64,000 nucleotides of DNA. It comes from Kondoa subrosea (lineage: Eukaryota). This document shows positions 13,469-29,078 of the stretch, one piece after another. The position numbers and the translations under genes are program-made. The stretch covers positions 372,001-436,000 of the forward strand of contig BCIN01000009.1 in NCBI GenBank assembly GCA_039545335.1, written 5' to 3'. Numbering within the stretch: position 1 is the stretch's first letter; the number at the start of each line of letters is the position of its first letter. The notes below the pieces were generated by a model. That model worked only from the letters and a program-made list of their open reading frames with translations, did not search any database and was not told where the DNA came from.

Positions 13469-14817
13469 ATGGGCAAATCTTCCAAAGACAAGGTTCATCT
13501 ACTTGCTTTATACTTGTTTTACTATCTCTCAGATATTCCTTCTTCGGGTAGCGCGATATCTATTATCGACTAGCCAAATCAGATGGTCTGTCATGCATGC
13601 ATTCAGTACTTCCGCTTCCTGATCTCTTTGAGTAGGTTATCGAGCTCGGTCTGCTTACAAAGTGAGATCTTCATTACTTCAACTCAGTCGTTCGTTCTAA
13701 AGTGCTCTTCTTCGACAGCTGCTTCAAATCGACGAAGCGTTCAATATCTTCGAAGGCGTACATCGGGTTGTAGATCTCTGCGCAGCGCCAGGATCATGGT
13801 CTCAAGTACTGAGTCAGAAACTCAAGTGCGTTGCCCTCATGTATGTGACTGATATAGCTGATATTGAAAGATCATAGCGAAGCGAGATCAAAAGATGACA
13901 AAGCTACTATAGTGGCAGTAGATCTGCAACCTATGGTAAGTAGATACTCTCTCCCTAGAGATGTATTGAAACCATCTCTTTAGGCTCCGCTGCCAGGCGT
14001 AATACAACTGCAAGGCGATATCACCAAGTCTTCCACAGCAGAATCCATCGTTTCCTACTTTTCTGGCGAGTTGGCAGATCTAGTTGTATGTGATGGAGCA
14101 CCAGATGGTATGTGTTGAAAATGCTTTGAATTGTCAAAGTACACGGCACTCAATACGTATAATTCAGTGACGGGTCTGCATGATCTAGATGAATACATGC
14201 AAGCTCAACTGTTACTGGCTGCACTCAATATCACACTGCATACACTTCGGCCAGGTGGAACTTTCATAGCCAAAATCTTTAGAGGAAGAGATGTAGCGTT
14301 ACTCTATGATCAACTTTCTTGCTTCTTTCAAAAAGTAACATGTTCCAAACCAAGGAGTTCCAGAAATTCTTCAATAGGTTCGTTTACCATTCATCTCTCA
14401 ACTCGCTCGTCGAGTTGATGGTGAGTTTAACGAACAGAGGCTTTCGTTATTTGTTCTGGCTTAACATTACCGCCAAACTATAAACCTTCTCTCGCTCAAC
14501 CTTTACTTACTTTTTCTGGTTCACCCGATGATCTAGAAGGAGAGATGAAGTATATAGCGCCTTTCGTAGCATGTGGTGATCTATCGTTCGTTTGCCTTCA
14601 CTTTCCTTTTAGCCTGACATGTGTTCTGATCTCGTTTGATACGCACAGTGGTTGGGATGCAGATGCGACGTATCCTGCACAAGCGGAATCGGATCGTATT
14701 AAAGATGTAATACAGTCACCTATTCACCCAAGCTACAAGCAGTTTCTGGAGATGAGGTCAAATAACCAGTTTGAGAAACTAGGAGTAGCATTAGATAAGA
14801 CTAGCTTGTCATCGTAA
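13469..14817 (+). CDS. TRM7: tRNA 2'-O-ribose methyltransferase (FtsJ family)
   Basis: [63 protein letters not shown]. Confidence 0.93.
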
Positions 14818-14862
14818 CAAGATGTGTGCACCAATTGCAAAATGTATTTCTATTGTAAAAAT

Positions 14863-16684
14863 CTACTTGGCTGCTCCACCTTTTCTAGCTTTTTCTTTGG
14901 GTAGTTCCCGTACGAATGGAATAAACTCTTTTCCTCCCATATACTTTCTCAATACTTCAGGTACGACCACGCCCTGTGGTCAAAGAAAAAGTAACTAATC
15001 AGCAAGATGCTGAAGTAACAGATCTTCGCTTGACGCACCTCTTTTGTTTGGTAGTTCTCCACAATACAACACATTGCCCTTTCCGTCGCACATAATGTTC
15101 CATTAAGCATATGAACGTATCTCTTAACTGGATCGCCTTGTTTCTTGACACCACATCGGACTTCCAGCGAACGCGATTCTGTTCGAACGTTCTCAATAAT
15201 ACATCCTTTAATAGGATTTGTGAAAAGAAAAGACGAACGATAATCTGTGCAATTGGAAACGGAGACCAATTCCTTGTATTCACCTTGGAAAGGGAACCAA
15301 GCTTCTAAATCATACTTTTTTGCAGCCGCATTGTTTAGAGCACCCGAAACGATTGAAACGATGTGATAAGGTAGTTTTAGTGATTGGTAGAATTCTTCTG
15401 AATGAGCTACCATGGAATCGAATTCAGCCCATGAAGAAGCTGGGTCGGTAATGCAGAACTGTCAGAGAGTCATGTATAATCAGCAAGACGCTGAAATATA
15501 CATGCACCACACTGACCTGTTCTATCTTCTCAAACTGATGCACTCGGAAAATACCCCATGTTTCTCTTCCGTGCGAACCAGCTTCTTTTCGGAAACATGT
15601 AGAATAGCCAGCGTATCTGTGAGCAACGGCATAGCTTCAACAACAGGATAACCTGAGCTAATAGCACCTCCGCTCACCTGATCGGCAGCTGAGTGCTAGG
15701 ATCGTCAAACCACTCATCTGAATGCAAAGCAGAAAGAGGTTGTTCACTGGTCGCAATAAGGTATTTATCATCTTCCGCTTCCATTCCTTGTTCAGGAGCA
15801 TTAGATTCCATTTTGTAAAGCGATTCATCAAAATCTTCCAGTTGAGCAGTCTTCGCCATTAAAGAACGCTTCATCATGAAAGGAGCTTGAATTTTCTTGT
15901 ATGACTTGGAACGCAGGAAATCGAGCCCGTAAGATATAAGAGCTTGGTTTAGATCAATGCCTTCGTTCATCAAGAAATAACCTCGGTGACCAGCAACTTT
16001 TGAGCCTGTAGGGAATCCCGGGACAAGCATGAATACGAGACTCAGGCTACATCGAGACGACCCACCCCTTTCTTGATCAAGCATCTCCATCCTGTACATG
16101 ACTTCATGATGTGACAAGATATCCGTTCGATGTTCAGGTTTCGCATTAGGACCATCAGGATGCCAAACTTTCTCTTCCACGTTATCATCTTCCGTTTGAC
16201 TGACGGGCACAGATTCATGAACGATATTCCCGATAGTTCCAGCCAATTTCCTTAGTTCTTGTTCTTTACTGACTTCAACTGCTTTCAAACTAGGTACTCT
16301 TTTATCCAATTCGATTTTTTGCTGTAACAAAGGATCTACTTCTTCTTGTGGTGCTTTGGATTTCTTGAGTGTACCAATTTGTTTTTGTACTGCGTTGATT
16401 TCTCTGGATAACTGGCCTACTGCAAATTGGGCTCGCGTCCATTCTTTGTAATGATTGAGTACATCATCCACGAGCTCTAAATTCGTTGTTTCATATGAGC
16501 ATTGTGGAATAGCCTTATATATATGAGGAAGTTATAGCTTACCAGGTTTAGAACCTCGTTTGGCTTCAGATTTCCTCACGAGTTCTGGATCACCGCCTTT
16601 CTCCTAATTTGCACCAGTATAAGCAGAGATATAGTAGCGAGCGGTGTGGACACGAACAGTCTGAAGTAATAGCAAGTCTATCAT
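14863..16684 (-). CDS. SES1: Cytosolic seryl-tRNA synthetase
   Basis: [58 protein letters not shown]. Confidence 0.96.
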
Positions 16685-16745
16685 GGTTACGAGTCAAGCA
16701 TAATAATTTGAGATTTCATGCAAGCTCGAGCAGAGACGACGAAAT

Positions 16746-17180
16746 ATGGATGCTTGTGAGGCACTGGGATTTACAGCCAGATATGAATGGAGCTGATATG
16801 GCGCGGCAGCACAATATAATCAACAGGAAGCGGCTCAGCTCGAAGTCATCTTACAGAAAAAGCAGGCAAGTATCTAACATGGTTCTACGGCACTGGGAGC
16901 TCATCAGGATGCATGGACAGATGAAGGATATGATGAACCTTTACTCAAACTTGGTCGAAAGATGCTTCAATTCCTGCACAACCGATTTCAGCTCGAAAGC
17001 ACTTAGTGGGAAAGAAGAGGATTGCGTTAAACATTGCGCGGATAAGTTCTTGGCTATGTCGAATAGAGTAGGCTTGAGATTCTCGGAGCGTAAGTCTTGC
17101 TTGCTTTCTGCCGTTTGATAGAGAACTGATTCATCGGGTTAGAAAACGCTGATATGATGGCGAAGCAAGGGCAGTCATAG
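16746..17180 (+). CDS. TIM9: Mitochondrial small Tim chaperone, 4 exons
   Basis: Spliced MDASQYNQQEAAQLEVILQKKQMKDMMNLYSNLVERCFNSC..EEDCVKHCADKF; twin CX3C motif. Confidence 0.9.
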
Positions 17181-17344
17181 AAGCAATCGCAAAGTGTATA
17201 GTAGTCTTCCTTACCATTTGTCTGGGATCGATTTCCCTTTCAGTATCTGGAAGCTGTCTTCCAGTTTGTTTCATATATCGTCTTGATCTCTCTGCCTCTC
17301 TCTTCTCTTCTTCTCACCAATATCATCCTCTGTCTCTCTCTCTA

Positions 17345-19437
17345 ATGTCTGAAACTCGAAAGCCTGGCTCCCATGAAGCCTATATACATGCTCTAAAGGA
17401 ACGTGCTGGAAAGCTCAGCCCAGCTGGCGAGGAAGCCTTTCTTGGAGTATCAAACCACTTCCATACTACTAGTATTCAACATGTTACTGGCTCTTATGCG
17501 AGTCCTGCTCAGATTCCGGCTAAACAAAAGAATGAATTGCAGTCACTCTACAATGATGCAACGGTCAGACAGGCCGCCAATGCGAAGACGCCAGAAGCCT
17601 TGCTGACTTTTCATGGCCGCGCGATGCACGCTCATCTCGAAAGTAGATCAGTTTGCTAACAGTCTTAGGGTATTCTGAAGCTTCTACAGGTGTCCAGAAA
17701 GACCGCCAGGCGTATTCCGCTGATCGGGTGGCTCTTTTGACCCACTTAAACCGACAGGAACTGATGAAGCAAGGTGAAGATGCCAAACGGGCTGCCTTCG
17801 TTTTCAAGGTGAGATCATTCTTATCGATTCTTTCAGTAAATGCTGAGAGCCTAAAGCAGACACCTGTGGTCTCTGAAGTCCCTCGTCTACCCGACGATCA
17901 ATGGCCAGGCATTCTTGAGGCCTGGTTTCGTGGCTTTCCCTATCAGTGCCACAAAGCTCTCCTGGCGCTTCACTTCCATCTCGTACAGAAGGGTCAAGCT
18001 CTGTCTTTGATGACACTCCGGCATGACATCTTTGTACATCAGGCTGTGAATCGCTTCTACACGGATGTATACCTGCCTAAGAACCCGGGAGCTTGGACTT
18101 ATCAAGCATTGCAGTATTTACTAGATGTGCACAAGCAAGTCCATGGTAAGCGTCAGCAGAATGGCATATATCCGAAGAAGCTGAACTGTCCTCATTCTTA
18201 CAGACAAGGAAGTTGCTAAAGTGCAAGACGCTGAACAGCTGAAATTCGTCAAATATCTGGCTGCCCATGATCTCTCAGTCTCACTTGATGGGAGATATTA
18301 CCAATTGCTAGTGAGGCTGCTCTGCTATTTGTGGAAGGACAATTGTACTAATCAGAGCTTCTGAAGCCATTCTGCGAATTGAAGCTGAAAAACGATTTCT
18401 TGAGAATTCTGCCATCTACCCGTTTTCCAGAGGTAGAGAAATGGGTCAGTCATCTTCAAAGACTCTGTTTGCTTGATCGCTGAACTTTCTTTAGCCTGCT
18501 AGTCGCTGGGCTTCAGCGTTTGCTTTGTTCTTCCCTACTGGCCCTCCACTTGGTTCACTTCAATTTAGGGAGCGAAACCGTCTGCTTCGAGACCTTATGA
18601 AGGAGCTAGTCGCAAGCAGTGAGCCGGATCTTATTCGGCTCAGGAATCTTCAGGCCGGTGCTCATCTTTTCCCACAGTGTACTTGCACGTAGAGCGACAT
18701 TTGAAGCTCAAGGAGCTAAGCAAGCAAGCTGATCCCAGCAGCGGTACTGTTTTTGCTTTACCGCACCACCCTGATCTACTCTTCGTGTCTCGTGTACTAC
18801 CTCGCTGCCACGGTTCTCAAATGTCAGGCGGGTCGCTTCGGTTCCTGTATGGAACCGGAATCATGCCTTTTGACGCTTCGAAACGTATGCTTATACTTTT
18901 CGGATTCGGAGCATCTATTTAATCGTGCTACAATAGGTAAAGTGCCTTATTTGGAGTTGGCAGCTTCTCGCAATATAGCCGAAGTCACGCAAGACTTGGT
19001 CCATGGTATAATGGAACGCATATGTATGCTCCGCTGCCAAGCTTGTCATTTGTGTGTTGTTGGACTAATGTTGCATCGACACAGTGACCTCGATGCTCGT
19101 GGAAATGAAAGCTCACCGGCCCCAGATGCCTATGTTCAGATGCACAACACAAGCGGAGGTCCAAGGCTCTCCCGATTTCCATCTGTAAGTCACATTGCTT
19201 TGACCACACTGAGTTGCTGACAGGTATAATATATCTCCAGTCTAGCTGGAATCTTTCTGCAAGATCGTGCCACCCATACTGATAGGCTAGCCGCACCTGT
19301 ATGCTCTACTCGATCTGATCGATATAAGACTGACTGTTCATTCTCAGTCTTCTCTTGTGCTCAAGCTTAAGAAGGAGAACATCCCGACCGGCCAAGCTGA
19401 ACATCAGTGCTTGGGTATCCGCAAGACAAGCGAATGA
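17345..19437 (+). CDS. Hypothetical multi-exon protein, no recognisable domain; exon structure and 3' end tentative
   Basis: Series of ~50-nt introns with branch points joins ORFs 17345, 17653, 18677 and 18753 in one open frame; pyrimidine-rich tract upstream of the ATG. Confidence 0.55.
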
Positions 19438-20132
19438 TCATGGCGAGCAATTCTCAAGACATTCCAAGCATAAATTACTGTAATTCCGTGCCCTTATATA
19501 TATGCAACTCATGCTTCTCTTTCTCTCTTTCGAAGTATTTGCCAGGCTGAGCATCCTTACGCTATGATCACTCTGCTGGTTACCTCCTTGATAGTCAAGT
19601 GTTCACCAGTCCCTCTCTTTCGTTCTTCATGGCGGGCAGACTCAAACAAGACTGACTAATGCCAAATCAGCTTCGTAGCCCTGGCTTCTTTGGATGTTGT
19701 TACTGGGCAGTCAAGACGCTGCATCTTACCTAAATGAATTTATCCAGGTAATCTTCTCTGAGGAGAATGCAAGGAAGAGGAAGAGAGAGAATTCAATTTA
19801 GAGGGGAAATCTGAGTACTGTTATTCCAAAGACCAAGAAAGTCGATATATAGGGAAATTGAAGATCCGTCGAAAGCAGGTATAGTTGGTAAGAAAAGAGA
19901 GCTCTGGCTCGATCTGTACAAAGGTGAAGGGTTTACCAAGAGTCTTGTACTGATCGTGAGCAAATCCCGCACGTCCAGCTTCAAATCCCAGTATGACCAG
20001 AAGATGCCCGGAACTGGATAGCAGGAGGAAGAAACAAGCAGAGATCGAGAGAGAGAAAGAGAGTGCCAGCAGCGTTATCAGTACATAGATAGCCAATACA
20101 TTCAACGGGGTACAGCATACCACGAGTAAATT

Positions 20133-20517
20133 CTACTCGCCATTCAACTCCTTCTCCCTCTTCGCAAGCTCATCCTTGGGTACAACAGGTTGGTCTTTCA
20201 ATCTGTGCGTATGTCATGAGTCCTGAGAGCTCCAGAGCTCAAGTTGAAATGAGATGACGCACTGCTCTGCTGTGAAGCTTGCGGGCAAAGTAGAGTCCTT
20301 GGTCAGTTTGGCATCTCCTGATAGACCAGATCCTGCTTGACTGGGGTCGTTATCCTTCGCTGGACTGCAGAAATGCTTAGGTATAAGCAACACGGAAGAG
20401 GCGTAATGCAACTGACTGAGGTTGGATGCTGATTACGAGGGATCAGTGACATCGGTTGAGCGTGAAGTGAGCTGACCTGAATTCTCCTTCCTTTGTATCT
20501 GTCGGCATTGTCGACAT
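20133..20517 (-). CDS. 74-aa hydrophilic microprotein, 4 exons
   Basis: Three GT-AG introns give MSTMPTDTKEGEFSIQPHPAKDNDPSQAGSGLSGDAKLTKDSTLPASFTAEQLKDQPVVPKDELAKREKELNGE*. Confidence 0.7.
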
Positions 20518-20666
20518 CTTGGCTCTTGAAGAGGGAAGTCAACAAACTCAGCCTTTGATTTTGGCTAAGACAAATCAGTGAAATATCTAACACCGACTTC
20601 CCCTTCTTTCCTTGAGAAAGTCAGAAAAGGGCTCTTCCTCTCCCTCCTCTGCTGATCTTGAAAATC

Positions 20667-23695
<3,029 letters not shown>

Positions 23696-23789
23696 ATGCG
23701 CGAATTTATTTCCGCTTTGTACAATTTTGATTCCTCATTGCATTAGACCAGAATCATAGCCTGCCTTTCCCTCGACAAAGATCTGTACT

Positions 23790-25307
23790 CTAATTCGGCT
23801 TGATCTTGCCTTCACCCATCCATGTATGCGCACTGAAATCGGTTGAGGAGAAGCGGAAGTACGATTGCGTGCCAGAGTGATTGACAGCCAATACTATTGT
23901 CTTCTCTCCCAATTTTAATTGAGGATAAGGGGTGGGAGGACGAGGTGGTCTCTTGCTACCACTTTGCGAGAGACGGAATGGAAGGTAGCTGATCAGACGC
24001 GTGTACCATGGTTGAGCGGGCACGGAAGACTGAGGCTTAGATGGAGGAACATTCTGCGGCAGCTGGGCAAACAGGTTTTCTAATTGCTGGATCGTTGGCA
24101 TATCGGTTGTTCTGGCACTAAATACGATAGATTAGCTTGATTATGAAGCACTATAAGCGGCACATACTCAATCACAGCTATGTAGAAATCAGGAGGAGGG
24201 GGAGCCTTCTTGCTGAACTTATTTATTGGTTTGTAGACATGCCAAAATATCTGATACGGGTTTGGATCCGGCAGCTTTCTCACAGCGGTCGACGACTTGA
24301 TACCTGCTGAAATGATTTGCACAGAGGAGAATGCTTGGTCTTCAGAGAGACTTAGTTGAGTTCCTGCTGGACTGGAGTTTGGCTTACCATATGTCTGCCA
24401 TCTAGCACTGGATAACAAAGAGGTTCTGGAGGGTACAGTTGGGGAAAGCAGACGTCTTCGCATTCTTCCGAGCTGGGCAAAGGGGAACGAAGGTCCATCA
24501 CATATTCTGAGGTATGAGAGACAGGATTGAACATATCGCATGAAAGTATGAAATCGAGGTAGTAAGGAGGACTGGTAGAATTGATTGAGAATAGAAGTAG
24601 AGGTTGCAGCCTGTTCTTCCCCTGTCCATAAATTCCGCGGTCTCATAACATTGTAGCCAAGACGCTTGAGCGAAGCATAAACCTGACAATGCACTCGGAT
24701 GTTGCTCAGTATTGACACAGTAGACTCACCTGATACTTGTCTATCGTCAGATCGTCCTCGCGCAGCATTGTAGCGTAAGCCTGCTGAGCTGACATCGGAA
24801 CACCTTCTTTCGTAAAGCATTCCAGAGTCCCTCGCTCGACCAGATAGAGTACTTCTTCAGGTAAGAGCTCTATTCTCTTCCGTATTGGATTGTAGAGACC
24901 CATTGTATTGAAGTGAATGCCGTGAGTACCTTGTACATCCATTGAAGCTCGCCGCAGATCTTCGTGCCAGACTGCTTCGTTGTGCGATTTAGAAGAATGC
25001 TGCCTACTATCTCCTGCAGCCAAAGCAGAAAACATCGCATCTCGGGCTGCAGCCAAAGCCGCATCTTGACTCGCTGCTCTTGATTCGAGCGGTGCAAAGT
25101 CTTTGTCACCTCTTCGCGGAATGAAGGGCACATCGCCAGTCTGATTCTTCCTGTTTTCGAATCTACTCAGCCTGTGTCGTCCCTGCTTAGCCAGCGCTTC
25201 CAATCTAACCTCGCAAATTTCGCAAACTCCTGCCAATTGGGCATTCCTTCATCCTCGCCATCCTCATCGGTCTGTAGCAGTGCAGAAGCAGGCTTTGTGT
25301 CGTCCAT
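23790..25307 (-). CDS. SEN54: tRNA-splicing endonuclease subunit Sen54
   Basis: FIPRRGDKDF; ELLPEEVLYLVERGTL; YQVYASLKRLGY; WHVYKP..FSKKAPPPPDF. Confidence 0.9.
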
Positions 25308-25616
25308 TGCTGTCTTTGATCTGCTTGCGGCTGATACTGGTCAAAACAAGTTCAACTTATCTTGATCGAGCGAGTTCCTAGCTGCTGCTGGTCTGTTATA
25401 TCAGCTGTTGCTTGACTACTCTTTCATCAAATACTTTAGGCTATGGGAAATCAGTCGGGCTGAAGCTCATTCGGTATGAATAAGCTGATTATGTAACTCG
25501 GTGAGAGCTCATGTACACCTGTGGAAACAGCTTAACTCAACACTGATTCGTCCTTCATAAGCTGAAGTGATACGAAATGCCTAACAACGATAGCAATGCG
25601 AAAATCATTTGCACAG

Positions 25617-26184
25617 CTAACTCGACCAGAATCTCAACAACGGGCTACCTCCAAGCCTCCAAAGGGAAACCAGAGCAGTAACAAAGAGACCGTTGATTCC
25701 CACAACGCCAAAGACACCTCTTGATCTTTTCTCAGGATCTCCACTTGCATATCCTATAGCATAAACGATGCGTGCAGCGATCCAAAGTGTACCCAAAGCG
25801 GTTGCGATCGTCGGATATTCCAGAGAAGCAATGATTAGGGATGTCTGGAATGGCGGTAGCGATTCCATATAGTTGGCATGAGCGCTGAGAAGGTGAATTG
25901 AGAAGCAAGAGGAAATAATTCAATTTCGGTGACTTACCGCTGAATACAATTGAACTTCATCTTGAACAGATCTTCGGCAGCTTCCTCTGGCTTAGCGTAC
26001 TGAAATCACTATCAGTCTTTTTGCGAAAAGGTTAAGATGACAAATGGGGCACAGTTTCAGGATAAGGGACATCTGCTAGAGCTCGAGCTTTTGCTGTCAT
26101 CTGGCCATGCCAGGTTGAGAGCCAACCTGAAGCCAGAAAAACGAATAGCGGAAGAGCATGAATGGGTTGTAGAGTAGTAGCCAT
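25617..26184 (-). CDS. MAPEG family (microsomal glutathione S-transferase-like)
   Basis: ARALADVPYP; FNC..RSHANYMESLPPF; ARIVYAIGYASGDPEKRSRG. Confidence 0.88.
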
Positions 26185-26583
26185 GTGCGGAAACCGCTTA
26201 AGAGAGCAGATAATCAACCGAGAAAGGACCAGATCAGATGCAGTAGTCTCACGTGCAGATTCAGAAGGATCTATATCGCAGCGGGTGCTGAAGAAAAAGA
26301 GGAGCAAGAGAAATATGATCGTGGATTTTTTTAGGACTTCCGAGAGCATACTCTACGCTTTCGGCACGCAAGTATGCTCGAGCCTTCGTCGACAAGAAAT
26401 TCGTTCAATCGGAAGTACGGTGCGCAGTAGACAGCAGCACACATGATGAAGACGAGAGCGATCACAACAGCGGATCAACAATCGATGTAGGCAGGCAAGG
26501 GAAACATCAAATGATATGCGACTCTTGCGTGCATTCAGGCGTGATGAATATGCCTGTTCTCTTCTTCTCCTTTCTCTTCGCAT

Positions 26584-27160
26584 TTAATACGCATCTCCTT
26601 CAGCATGCTCGGCGCTGAAACCTCGCTCTTGCATGAGAATCTTTTCCTTCTGTAAAGTTTTCTGCTTCTTCTGCTCTTCTTCTTCTTTGATTAACTGCAT
26701 GACCTTCTCCGGTGCTGCTCTTTCATGTCCAGGTATAGGTAGGTCTTCCAGGTCCAAGTCCTGCTTCCGGTGTCAGTGAATCTAGCTGGTCTGAAGAAGG
26801 AAATGAACTGACCACTTCGCCCATCAAGACAACATTCTCCCCTCTGACTAGATATAGACCTCTTGGTACTTCAGCGTAGAGTTTGGCAGCATGAAACCGC
26901 TCGACAGCATTTTGTAGAACTAGATTGGCTGTACGCAGCAACTACGACATCAGCCAAAGTAGAGAGCTGAGATTCATTACAGCGCACCATATTGGTCATA
27001 AGACCGTAGAACGCCTATGAGCTTTCGATTGTCCCTCAAAACTATCAGAACTCTCTTGTCGACGAGTTCAGCTAGCTGTCCAGATGTGGTGTAGGCGGCT
27101 GAAGTGATAGCATCAGAGCTATCCTTGTTCTAATAGCAGGAGCAGCTTGCCATTGTCCAT
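26584..27160 (-). CDS. LSM1: Sm-like mRNA decay protein Lsm1
   Basis: Spliced MDNAAYTTSGQLAELVDKRVLIVLRDNRKLIGVLRSYDQYANLVLQ..RGLYLVRGENVVLMGE. Confidence 0.92.
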
Positions 27161-27361
27161 GTGTCCATCGACTTCCTCGTCTGCAGTAAACCCTATTGGC
27201 TTGTCTTACAACAGCCTGAATGCTTCTGCAAGCTCAGTCAGAGGTGATCTCAAGTGACTGAGCTGCGTACAGGAGCATTCCAGAAGGTGGAAATACACAT
27301 CTTGGACCAAAATCTGCTTGAACTCAATTTGTAGCTGCCTTACAAGTCTCACTATATTGCA

Positions 27362-28805
27362 ATGAGCTGGTTCGCATCTCTTACAAAAGGTCTTTCAGAA
27401 GTGACTGTAGTCGACGAAAGCGAAGCGGCAGAAGCAGATAGCCTGGAATCCGCTCTCGATTGTCTCTTGACTTATGTGAAAGCATGTCTTCATTCCCCTT
27501 GCATCTTCTTTGTCTCTCTTATGCATCTTTATAGACTGCCCCAAGCTCTTTTTCTCTCCGTGTTCGTTTCCTTTTCCATTTAATGGTGAATCTGTCTTAG
27601 TATGGCATATAGCAAGAACGTCTAAGTCTATTGTCGAACAAGCAACAAGCTCTTCTTCGGCCGTATCGAGTCCACTTAGACCGACTGGAGAGTCTGGCAA
27701 CAGCAAACACAGCCTTTTTGCTTTCCGTTCTTCAAGCCAACGGAACATCTTATACGGGTAGTGAAGAGGAGGAAAACGAGGATGCTGGTCTAGAAGAGAG
27801 TAATGTGATTCCCTGCCTTGACGATCTATCGTTCTCTACTGATACATTCGAAATTGTAGATTAGTGATTTAGAACGACCAACCGATTTCCTTCGAGCTTT
27901 AGCCAGGGATTGGAGCGATTACGTGTGTACCAAACATTTGCACGCTGAAAAAGCGCTGATCGTGTTGATAGGGAAGAGCTGAGCGAGATCAATCATATCA
28001 ACCTATCCTATCTACTTTGCTTCGACTTGAACCCATCGAAAGATCAAAAACGAGCGTGCTTGTACCTGGTACAGGTTTAGGGAGATTGGCGTACGAAATA
28101 GCCAAACAAGGCTTTCTAACACAAGGTGAGAATTCTGAATTCTGCGAGCTGAAATGTCAGGCTTAATCTGAATGTAACAGCAAATGATTCTTCCTCTTTA
28201 CTTCAAGTATTGAACCAATGGTTTCGAGTTGACGGTCGACGAACATCAATCTATCCTTTCATTCACAACAACAGAAACCTCAAATCCGATTCAGATGCTT
28301 ATCTAGCTACTTCAATTCCCGATGTCCGATTTCAACGACTCCCAAATCTCTCACATGATATCTCAGACTTTGTTGGAACCTACTCCATTCACCAGCATTC
28401 TCAAAGTTGGGATTACATTGTAACCTGTTTCTTCATTGATACGGCTTCAAACATTATCGATTATCTTAAAACGATCAAAAATTGCTTGAAACTTGCTGGG
28501 AAATGGATGAATTTCGGTCCGCTACAATGGCATGATCAAGATGGTTTGACATTATCGCTCGAAGGATTGAAAGTGTTGGCATTGAAGCTCGGATTGTTAA
28601 TCGAGGTTTCAGCTCGAGATCTTGTGGGAGCTGATTGATGCTGATATAGTTGATTAGGACGTAGAGTACGTCGGAGCGGAATATATGAGCTATCCCAATT
28701 CGATGGTCAAGGTTCGTTTTATGCACTTCAGTCGTGAAAGTATTTCGCTCAAAGATTGAGCAGCATCAATATCAATGCGCTTTCTTTACCGCACGAGCAG
28801 TTTGA
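27362..28805 (+). CDS. N2227-like SAM methyltransferase (carnosine N-methyltransferase family); 5' exons tentative
   Basis: ALARDWS; VLVPGTGLGRLAYEIA; VTCFFIDTASNI; WMNFGPLQWH. Confidence 0.85.
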
Positions 28806-29078
28806 AAGTACATGGGCTGATTGGCAGAAGAGGTCTAATCACAGTCTCTTGCAGTACTGTAGCATCTGTACATCAGCAGAAACACATTTTACTACGAGTA
28901 AGCGAGTTGTAATCGATTACGAATGTGACAAAGCCTCTGCTTCCAGACGATAGCACTGAGGTATATGAGATTTAGCCACTCAACAAGCAACACAAGGGCT
29001 TGTGATACTCGGACTCGAAAACACGTCTGTCTGCATAGTACGACCGCCGCTCGCAAAAGAATTGGGAATTAGACTGCT

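Noticed and set aside
19500..20090. Short plus-strand frames, one interrupted by TGA, with intron-like signals
   Set aside because: No consistent gene model, and no support for readthrough or selenocysteine
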